From: Octopus vulgaris
Taxonomy: Eukaryota
Assembly: GCA_951406725.2 (NCBI GenBank)
Contig: OX597815.1
Coordinates: 66,588,001 to 66,652,000 of the forward strand
Direction of reading: 5' to 3'
Length of the DNA stretch: 64,000 nucleotides
Below the pieces are notes generated by a model that had not been told where the DNA came from, searched no databases, and worked only from the letters and a program-made list of their open reading frames with translations. Shown piece by piece: positions 12,766 through 23,100 of this stretch. The position numbers were made by a program, and so were the translations under genes. The number at the start of each line of letters is the position of its first letter. The stretch's first letter is position 1.

Positions 12766-13789
12766 TTGCTATAGAGGAGGTACAAGGATACCCAGCCAAA
12801 GAGAGAAAGATCAGGAATGAAGACAGAAACAAGTGTGCTGTCACAAAGGAGATACATGGTTACCTACCCTGAGGGAAGTGCAGGAAAGGGAGAGTGGGAG
12901 ACAGGATAGAGATGGTGGCAATGTGCCAGGCATACTCACAAGAGGCAGGGATCAGAGTATAAATGGGATGGTTGAGTAAAGGGAGAGAGATATAGAGTGT
13001 GGCAAATGCCAGAACATACCCTTGAGGTTCAAATGTCATAATGTAAGTGGCAGGATAGTGTATGAAGGAGGAAATATGAGGAAAAGAGATGTAGATTTGT
13101 TTCTTGGAGTAATGGCTCCCGATAACTCAGATAACTTGTCACATGCCAGCCTGGAAAGCAAATGTAAAAATGGTGATGAGACTGAAGGTCATGTTTAAAA
13201 TGCTCTTTATCAGCCACCATCTCTTAGTTACAACCAAAAATTCCAGATGACTTTGAAGATGACCTAATAAAACAAAGATCCAGTGTTGGCAAATTCCAAA
13301 CTGGAATGTCTTTAGCATCCATGGATTACAAGGTAAGTTAATGTGACTTAACCAAACTATAACTGAATAATAATATAATTCTATATTATCTGGCTGAGAA
13401 CTGCTGTCAGAATGACTAATTGGTAGTTGTTGCGAACATTGCTGGTGAAATCAGATCTGGTACTTTTAAAAACAGAGTAGTTGGTGGTAACTGCTCTGGA
13501 TGTGGAATTGGTGTCAACTTCAAAGAAAAAATCTGAAAACCTGTTGACATTGAGTAACAAGATGTAACCTTCCTAGATTGCTATTGCAACCAACACAAAC
13601 ATTGCAATATGAGCCATGTTGATTATCTCCTTAGACTAGAGTGTAATAACATGGAGAATACAGGATGTATATGTTACCCTTAAAAATTACAAAGTCTATT
13701 CAAGCAGAGCCAGCTAGTTATATCAAATACTAACAAATTTAGTTAATATCTGAAATAATTCATTATTTGAATGTTAATTAGGTCTCACT

Positions 13790-14020
13790 GAAAGTAGCAA
13801 GCTGGCAGAAACATTAAAACCGAGCAAAATGCTTAGCTGTATTTCATCTGTCTTTACACTCCAAGTTCAAAGGTTGAACTTGGAGTGTATAGGTTGACTT
13901 TGCCTTTCAACCTTTCTGGGTAAATAAGTACCAGTTGTATACTGGGGGGGGGGGGTCGATCTAATTGACTGGCCCTGCTCCCCAAAAATTTCGAGCCTTG
14001 TGCCTAGAGTAGAAAAAAAT
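13790..14020 (+). mobile_element. SINE B copy with alternative tail (GCCTTGTGCCTAGAGTAGAAA)
   Basis: Family B head and core. TTAGGTCTCACT flanks both sides (TSD-like, ~13778 and ~14020). Confidence 0.75.
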
Positions 14021-14285
14021 TAGGTCTCACTCAGCCATAAACTCAAGAGGGATCTAAGTTTCAATGTAATTCATAAACCATTCTTCAGTACAGATTTTTT
14101 TACAGAAATAATTTTTGAAAAAACCATCACAAGTCTAGCCACCGCTATTAAAAAAAGGAACAAACCTAAAATCGCTTTGTTTAATATGTTTACCCAAGCT
14201 AGCATGGTTTAGATAGGAAGGAAAAAATTGAGGGAGGATTTATGCTTTTATGACCAGATGCTTTACCAGTTGCCTACCCTTGTCA

Positions 14286-14335
<50 letters not shown>

Positions 14336-14336
<1 letters not shown>

Positions 14337-14634
14337 GTAAAAAGCACTATCCGAATCATGGCTGATGCCAGCGCCGCCTCGACTGGCACGTAAAAAGCAC
14401 CATCCGAATCGTGGCCGAAGCCAGTGCCGCCTCGTCTGGCTTCCGTGCAGGTGGCACGTAAAAAGCACCTACTACACTCACGGAGTGGTTGGCGTTAGGA
14501 AGGGCATCCAGCTGTAGAAACATTGCCAGATAAGACCGGAGCCTGGTGCAGCCTTCTGGCTTCCCAGATACCCGGTCGAACCGTCCAACCCATGCTAGCA
14601 TGGAGAACGGACATTAAACGATGATGATGATGAT
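14336..14634 (+). mobile_element. RTE LINE 3'-end fragment with TSD in a (TA)n(CA)n tract
   Basis: Matches the 10480-10776 3'UTR, has a (GAT)n tail, and TATATACACACACAC occurs on both sides. Confidence 0.85.
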
Positions 14635-14678
14635 ATATACACACACACTGAATAAGCAAATAATTCACTCAATATAAG

Positions 14679-16265
14679 TGTAGGAGTGGCTGTGTGATAA
14701 GTAGCTTGCTTACCTGGCTTCCAGTTACCCAGAGTGCATTTGGTTTGTCATTTGTATGAATCAAACTTTTTTTGGCTGCTCTGAGGTTAGAGATGATGTA
14801 CTCAGACGTTAGCAGGTCTGAGCTGTCTTCTTCAGAGGAGGAGCTGGTGAGAGCGGTAGAAGGCTCTCTGGATGAATATTTGAAGAAAACGAGTTTTGCT
14901 GAGGCTGTGGAGGTGAAGAGAAGAGAGGTGGACCTATCAAGAATGAAGGAGCACGGAAGAATGGTGCAGAAAGTGGGTGGCAACATGACATTGTCACCCC
15001 GACAAAGAATCATGGATGGCATAAAAAGAAGTTGTATACAAAGTTTACTCGATAAAGAGCAAGAAGGTCGACCAAATAGAAAGAAAATAGAAAAGGCAGT
15101 AAAGGAGGAATCCAATGGAGTAATATACATGACAAGAGGATGCCAATATGGGACAATGGTAGTCCAGTTTAGAACAGAGGAGGAGGCAAGCGGGTAAAAC
15201 AGTAAAGACAGAGGAAATGGTCCTTCTACCCACGTATTTATATCAGGAATCCTGCCTGATATAAATGTGGCTTGGGTTGTGGCAGCTGTGCTCATTGGAA
15301 GTGAGGAGGAAGTGGCTGTCCTCCAGGCCACGGAAACAGAAGGGGGAAGATTTAAAGGGAAATCGCTTGAACTTATTTCAGACCAAAGGAAAAAAACCCG
15401 AAAAATTTGGCAGAGACAGTATCATTGGGAGAGATAGTTCGAAGAGTGTGGGTGGAGAGCAGAATCCTGCACTGCTTTAAATGTGGCCAAAATGGCCACA
15501 TTAGAGCATACTGCCCACTACAGAGGAAAACAAGCAGTGGTGGAGATGGAGGAGAAAAAGGAAGAAGTACACATAGATGGAAGGAACAAGGAGGATGAAT
15601 GGACAGTGACAGAGAATAAAAGGAAAAAGAGAAAGAGGAAGAACAGTCAGTGTGATGTGGGACCCCAGACTAACTCCATCCCACCCAAGACCAGACTCAC
15701 CCTCCCCATAGACACCAATTCCTCCCCTCTCCCCACAGGAAAAAAAAGAAGACACCACAAAACATACAAGACTACCCCCACCGGGGTGAGTAACACACTT
15801 CATATTTTACATTTCTCAATGTATCATTATTTTAATATTTTGATTTTAATGTTTTTCATGTCCATTTTCATGTGTCATTCATAGCATATTTTTATTTTGT
15901 TATATGTCCCCACATGTGCTGTAGTGTCCCCCTCTGTGTAATGCCTTTATGGCAATTTAAAAGAAATAAAATAGCTTGCTTACCAACCACATGGTTCTGG
16001 GTTCAGTCCCACTTGGGCAAGTGTCTACTATAGCCTTGGGCTGACCAAAGCTTGCGAGTGGATTTGGTAGACAGAAACTGAAATAAGCTCATCGTAAATG
16101 TGTGTGTCCTCAACATCGCTTGGCAACTGATGCTGGTGTATTTATATCCCCGTAAATTAGCAGTTCGGCAAAAGAGACTGATAGAATAAGTCCTGGGGTT
16201 GATTTGCTCAACTAAAGGCAATGCTCAGGCAAGGCCAGAGTCAAATGACAAAAACAAGTAAAAGA
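14679..16265 (+). mobile_element. SINE A copy split by the ORF1-only element (14679-14714 and 15972-16265)
   Basis: Removing the insert and one TSD restores GTAGGAGTGGCTGTGTGATAAGTAGCTTGCTTACCAACCACATGGTTC... Confidence 0.88.
14715..15971 (+). mobile_element. ORF1-only (gag-like, CCHC knuckle) non-autonomous non-LTR retroelement, HAL1-like
   Basis: 13-bp TSD TAGCTTGCTTACC (14702-14714 and 15972-15984). Frameshifted ORF with CFKCGQNGHIRAYC and WTVTENKRKKRK. No RT or endonuclease seen; A-rich end. Confidence 0.8.
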
Positions 16266-16559
16266 AAATTTCAGAGGAACTGTCAGACTAGTTTATTGAC
16301 AGATGTCAACAAACCTCACTGGTTGCAGCCCAACCACAAATTGCAACATAGCTCAAGAGAGTTTTGTAAACATCCCTATACCCTGCCACACACACAGGGG
16401 TCTTCTGTCAGTTTTCACAAGTATAAATTCTATTGGAAGGTATTTATCAGCCCAAGGATTATTTGCATTGAAACATTTGCCCAAAATGCCATGTAGCCAA
16501 GAAGCAAACTTAACCACACAAGCCATACTTGCAGCAACAAGAAAATATTAAAATAAAAA

Positions 16560-16601
16560 TAAATCAACAAAACAAATATTAAAAGAGAATACTTTTTTAT
16601 T
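16560..16601 (-). terminator. Putative polyadenylation signal of the DDIT4-like mRNA
   Basis: AATAAA on the minus strand at 16601-16596, followed by a U/GU-rich tract (TTTGTTTTGTTGATTTATTTTT) at the edge of the repeat-poor block. Alternative AATAAA near 17500 and 17215. Confidence 0.55.
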
Positions 16602-18089
16602 TGCATTTTTTATATATTATTATGTACATCACTTGAAGGTTTGGTTAGGGTGGCTTTGTTTTGGTGTGGCATGGAGAGGGGGAGGGCTAGGGGGTTCACG
16701 TGATATAGCATCTATTTGATGGGGGTGGAGTAAAGCTCTTGGGGGTTAAAGAGAAAGTAGATAGGGTTAACCCTTTTGTTGCCCTACTGATGTTGAAATA
16801 CATTGCATTTTCATTTAATTTTGAAACTAAACAATTTAGTGAAGTAACTCATTTAAGTTGACATTTTAAATAAACTAACATGAAATTTTGGTGGAAGGTT
16901 TTTAATTTAGATCACTTTAATTCTTTAATTAACATTTCCTGTTGAAATAAATTGCCATTATTTCAATTTTTCAAATAAGACTTAGTAAAATTAATTAATT
17001 TAATTGAAATTTTGATGGAAGGTTTTAATTTAGGTCACTTTAAAACAGGAAAGTTTGTATACTAGAACCAGACCAGGAGTGGTGATCACAGCCAGGTTGA
17101 TGTCAAAAGGGTTAAAGAACTGAGAGGACTTTTCTAAGGCCAATTCTGGCTGAAGGTATCTCAGAAAGAAGAACAAGAAGGGTTTAATGAAAAATTATAC
17201 TAAAAATGAATTTATTTTTCAAGGTTTGAAGATTGGATAGGGCAGGGTAGGTAGGTGGGTGGGTGGGTGGGAGAATATCAACTGGTTGTATTAACAATAT
17301 GTAAACCATATTAAATATATTACATAATATAAATATATTAATATATTACATATACAATATATATTATATTATATTATATAGAAGCATCCTACTATCACAG
17401 TTATAGAAAAACCAGAAGAAAAAAGGTTAACTCTGGTTTGTTTTGATTTTTTTCTTTTTTTTCCTTTTTTAAATATCTTTCTGCTGCTCATCACATTTAT
17501 TTCTAAAACATTCACAAACTATCAAAACATTAGACTTGTTTTTACTTCAAAGAGTTTTAAGCTGGTAAATTATGATGATTGGGGCTGGGGGGAAAGGGAC
17601 TATTAAATAAAGGGGCAGGGGAGATATTTGAGAAAAACTTTGAATTGTATTTTTGTTCTTTTTTTTTCTGTTTTTTTTTTTTTACAAGCAGCCTAAATTT
17701 AGAAGTAGACAAATCTAGAATGTTTCTTTTTATGATTTAATACTTTTTTGTTTTCTTTTGAAACTGGAATCAGTAAAACAAATATATTTCATGCAGAAAG
17801 AAGCATACTAACAGACATTCAAAGTCGGAAATGGTCAGAAACTTTTTTTTAATACATGTTTTTTTGTTTTGCTTATTTTTGTTTGTTTTCTTTTTTTTTT
17901 AATCCTCATTTTTCAACCATTACAAATGAAAAAATTTTTTTAAATAATAAATATAGCAACAGTTGTGGAGTGAGGAAAAGGTGGGTATCCAACTTTACAG
18001 GATGGAGAGTATATTAGAGTTGGAATTAAATTGGTAAACACACCAGTCTCCACATGAAGCCAAGTGAAAAAAAAAAAATTTATAATAAT

Positions 18090-18320
18090 ATAATGGTTTG
18101 AAATTATGGCACAAGGCCAACAATTTTTTTTTTTTTAGCAGGAGGGGGACTAGATCACATCAACTCCAGTGCTCAGCTGGTTCTTATTTTATCATCCCAG
18201 AAAGGATGAAAGGTAAAGTGAACCTCAGCAGAATTTGAACTCAGAATATAAAGAGCAGGAAGAAATGCCACTAAGCTTTTTGTTTGATGCACTTACAATT
18301 CTGCCAGCTTGCCGCCTTGC
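18090..18320 (-). mobile_element. Diverged SINE B in the DDIT4-like 3'UTR
   Basis: Reverse complement of the family B head and core (GAAAGGATGAAAGG...ATTTGAACTCAGAA...CTGCCAGCTTGCCGCCTT). Confidence 0.75.
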
Positions 18321-18414
18321 TTATAATAATAATTATAATAATAGTAATAATGATAATAAATCAATAAATAATTATGATGAAAAGTTCTTGTGATAACTGA
18401 TATATAATAACTCT

Positions 18415-18926
18415 TTAGTGATCATGAGACGATTTGGAATTATTGGAATCTGTTCGATTGGGGTTGGGTCGATAGAGTTTCTTCTTCTCCAACTGAAAAC
18501 CCGAACACAAGAATGTCGGCAGAACGTTAGTGGAGTTGCCAAATATCACTGATACTGACTGGAAAAGAAATTTCTTCATGATCGCCCAAGCTTTGGTTTC
18601 TTCTCGAAGTGTGAGGTAAAGTTCAAAGGTCGGAGTGCAGTCAGGGTCATAGACTAATTTATTGATCTTCTGGCAGCAGGATTTCTGTTCAATGCTGATA
18701 AACATAATACAGCCTCGAATTCCGCACGGTTCACTGCGGGACATGCGCAGTACATCCTGTGCAATTCGGAAGAGGAGACCTCGTGGTACTAGTAACTCGC
18801 AGTTGAGGTAACGCTGTCTACCCACATAGATGAGTTGTTCTAGTCGATTCTCAAGATTTTTGCATTGATGGAAATCCTGGACATCATCAAATTCTCCGTA
18901 GCTATTCATACCTGGAATGTGTGCAT
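18415..18926 (-). CDS. DDIT4: DDIT4/REDD1-like protein (RTP801_C domain), last coding exon
   Basis: Translation contains the family hallmarks IAQDVLRMSRSEPCGIRG, DPDCTPTFELYLTL and GFQLEKKKLY. Acceptor tttatttgtatttacAG has its AG at 18928-18927, so the exon starts at 18926 in phase 1. Stop ends at 18415. Confidence 0.93.
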
Positions 18927-18999
18927 CTGTAAATACAAATAAACAAAAAATTTAATACATTTATGAAAATACTGAAGTCATAGGGGTTATTTTATCTAT

Positions 19000-20130
19000 T
19001 GTAGGTGCAAGTATGGGTGTGTGGGTTACGAAGTTTACTTCCCAGTCAAATGGATGGGCAAGTGTTTCTGCAACATCCCCAAGCTGACCAAATTCTTGTG
19101 AGTGGATTTGGTAGATGGAAACAAAGAAACCCATCGTGTCATAAATGAGTGTTACTGTTTAACCCGCTGTGCCATTCATTTTCAATATTCTGCAAAAGTA
19201 TGCCTGGTCATGAGGAAATATTTGTTAAATCACATCAATCAATACTCAGAGCCAAGAAAGGAAGGAGTACGATTCACCAACTTGGATGTTCAGAAAGCCA
19301 AGAAGGAGTCCATAAATTTCTGGTAGGGACAAAAGGCCCCAACCCACTCCTCATGCAAGGTCCTGAAAGCCATGATCAAAGACTGTCCTATCCCCAAACT
19401 GTGACTACCCTATCTTCTTTTAGGGTTGGCTAAATTTAAATTGAGGATCTATTTCTAGCAGATCACCAACCTTATAAACTCCCTTGTTGGCTCAGTGACC
19501 ACTTTAGAGCTACAAAAGTTGGCTAAACCGATTTTGACCCATTTAAAAGTGACTTTGCTTCCAAACCATTATTTCAGCATTACTCATGTATTTGATAAAG
19601 TCAGATCTCAATAAATTCATTGGGAAGGAGGGGTTGCATCCATCATTGTTCTATGCTAGCATGGCAGTAATGGTTTTTGTACAACTTGCTATCTCTATAG
19701 TCAACCACAAAAGTAACAATGGAAGCAGCTTTGGCATACAAAGTGAGGACAAGCAAAGCTATGCATCTTTGCAAAGGATACAACACTAGTACTTATAATT
19801 TGTAAAGTATGAATTTAAGCACACAATCATTTTACAAATGTTTGTTAAATTTAATCTATCGAAATTTTCAACTTCAGTTTAGTAAAAGTTTATTCTGTTG
19901 GAGTAAGTAGGTGCATATGGCAGACTGGTTAAGAAGTTTGTTTCACGTCTATAAGATCAATCCTACTGCATGGTGTCTTGGGTAAATGTCATTTTCTATG
20001 GCCTTAGATCAACCTATAACTTATGAGTGAAATTGAGCAGAGGGAAACTGTATATATCTGGCCACGGGGAAATATTAACTTGCTTGGAAATAGGTGTGGG
20101 TTGCCAACAAGAAGGGCAACAAATTTCATT
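19000..20130 (+). mobile_element. Two old SINE A-like remnants in the intron (19000-19140, 19910-20130)
   Basis: Diverged GGGCAAGTGT...TTGTGAGTGGATTTGGTAGATGGAAAC motifs. Confidence 0.6.
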
Positions 20131-23100
20131 TAACCTATTGAAAAGTGATGAAAACTTTTTCTAACAAGTGGCCAATGAATGATATTGTGGCAATACCACT
20201 TTAATCCATAAAGGGTTATTTTACATACTAATAGTAAGATAACAAGCAAGCTCCTTGCAAGTTATAAACTAAATTATGATGTAAATCCCCAAGTGAAATT
20301 AATAATTTAACCTTGGGAAATCACAAGCCCCAACTCTCAATAATATAACAGAATTTTCCTTAGGGAGTGCAAATCCAAGTCCAACCTGTGATGCTCACCC
20401 AGGTTTTAGGGAGTGCGCTTGCACTTCTTGTTCCCGAAACTGTCAAAAAATGCAAACCTCAGCAATCTCTTTGGGAGTTACCATTCTGTAGATTCTCTCC
20501 TTGAGACTAACAGAATTAAAAAGACTACCGTTGAACTGAAATATTTGCAGTTTCCAACATAGAATAATCACTAAATAATACATCATTGTTGTTGCTGTAG
20601 TAGTGGTGATAGTAAAGACTACTACCATTACTATAGGAGATGGGAGTGGATACACAACCACAGGACAAGTGCAAAAAGTGATACTGATATCATCATCACA
20701 GGGACGACTAGATTTATTATTAATATTACTACTACTATTACTAACAATTATTTAATGGTCTGGGTGAGTGATAGAAGGCAAAGTCTGGGCTTACTCAGGT
20801 AACAAAGTGAGTGTTGGCGAAAGTAAATACGTACACCCAGTGTGTAGGGTTAAGATTTAGGATTAGGGATTTTGTTACGCCGAAAATGGGCGGTTTATTC
20901 TTTACCTCCGTCGTGTTTTTAGATTAGGGTAAAAGTTTTAGTAAGATTTACTTTGATTAACAATACTGAAATTTAATACGGTTTGAACTCTAGAGAAGGA
21001 AAATAAATCTTGGCTACAAATATTTAGACTTACAAAAGTTTTCAGAACATAGAAAGGAAGATATTTTTTTATAACAGAGATAAAGAGACAATGTGGAAGT
21101 AAGATTGGTTTTAATATTAAAACAGATTTTTTGGTTTGAGGAACTATGTAAGAAAAAAAAAGTTGAGTTAGTGTCCTAAGAAAAAAAATTAAGATTGTTA
21201 TCGTTTAATGGAGAAAAATAAGTATGAATGATGCAACGATATAAAAGACAAACTTTGAATGAGGACCATTCATGTGATCATCCTTGAAATATTACCGTTT
21301 GCTTGTCACAAGATCCGCATTATTCTTGTCACATGCTTTTAACTATATTTAATACAACACAGTCATAGATGGAGTACGTGAGGGGGAGAGGAAGAGGAAA
21401 GAAGAGAGAGGTTAAATGTGTTTCCGGCATGGATGGCTATGTGTGTGTGTGTGTGTGTATACATAGATGTGTCTAAAGAAATGTCTAGTGTGAGTATGGG
21501 CATGTTATATCATTAGTACAGAAATTGAGAGAAAGCGAGGAAAAGAGCTGTTAAATGAGTTCTCGGCATGGATATGTGTGTAGAGGGCATTATATCATTA
21601 TTTATTATAGAACAACTGTTACGTATGACGTCTTAGTTCTCTTCTCCCTCCCTCCCTCTCCACAAAACATTTTGTCATACAATATTCTTCAGAGAGAGAG
21701 AGGGGGGAGGGAGAGAAAGAAAAGAAATGAAGACATTAAGAGATTTTTTCACTTGCTACACAGCCACCACCGCCACAAACTTGCCGGTTTCATAAAATTA
21801 GATCTGCAGTTGAGGTGGGAGATGGAGATTGACGTTTGTACAATGAACGGGGGAGGGAGGAGGGGAATCAGCCATCGTATCAAATTTAGTTCAGTACAAG
21901 TGTTATTGCATTATTAAATAAAACGAAACAGTTACTGAAGAGAGAAAATGTAACAAGAAACAAGAGATTGTTTGCCCCTCCCCCGCCTCTAAAAAGAAAA
22001 TATGAACATTTTATCAGGCTAATGATGTCATTTTTATTCTTACAAAATGCGTAACCAAACTGATATATTTAAGTTAAGCCATCGTAGTTTCAGACCGATA
22101 GGTGTAAGCTCGCAGCAAACTTAGATTGACCAAATTACAATCCCAACTGTTGCACGTCATTTTAAGCCGCTAAATGTTGAGAAAGGCATCATCGTCACAT
22201 TTCATATCTCATTTTGAGGTTTATTACATTTCATACTAGCAGAAACCACAATTCGAAAGTAAAACCATCTTATTCTATATCTCTTGTTAATGTTCTAGAA
22301 AAAGGCATGGACACTAATTCTGTATTTCCAAATCCCTAAACAAGTGTCTAGTTCAAAAATGCAGCCAATATTTGATTTTAAAAAAGAGGGGGGAAAATGA
22401 GTGTAGATATATTGTAAGTCACTCAGTCCGACGGGTAGAGTCATCATCTATTAAATTCCCAGTTCTTTAGCTCAATCATGCTCTTGTGATCGAAAGGGCA
22501 AACTGATTTCTTGAGTGACTATAGACACTACTAGATAATCACATCTATTAGAGTACCAGAAAATGGATAGATACCGAACAAGATGTGACTGTGTCTACCT
22601 AGATGTGGAGGCAGGTTAGTTTAGATCAGCTCTTTTCGATTTTTCCCATGCTTGGAAAGGAACAGTACTTTCCCTAAATCAAGTTACTCCGTCATGAAAA
22701 TCACTGCTGAATTCGTTTTTTCTCAGATTCGCCATTAATTCGACCTTCACGCTTTCAACGCCAATCTGTACAGTTGGCACCGAAGACACATGTACTAATC
22801 TTGTCTGTCTCCGTCGCCTCTTGGTTAGTTGCAACAGGACTTTAGAAGAGTTGGAAACCTCGGGTCACGCATTCGCTAAGAGAAAAAAAATCGCGAGTTC
22901 GATCCCCACAATCAACTCGTCTTGAAGGCCTCTGGATTCTCGTACAATTGAGTTGAGATGGTGAGAAAGTCTGACCAATTGCAGAGAGGGGATGATGCCG
23001 CAATCTACATTCTTTCAACGCAAGTGTGGCGATGATAGCTGTTATTTTTAGAGCCGTTAGGTTCTCCCTTTCGAACTCTCCCAAAGAGCAAACTCGATAG

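Noticed and set aside
14669-15331. 220-aa minus-strand ORF
   Set aside because: Antisense shadow of the purine-rich gag-like ORF1 on the plus strand.
18415-18909. Single-exon 164-aa gene starting at ATG 18909
   Set aside because: A strong acceptor 17 nt upstream and a phase-matched upstream exon with its own promoter explain the locus better.
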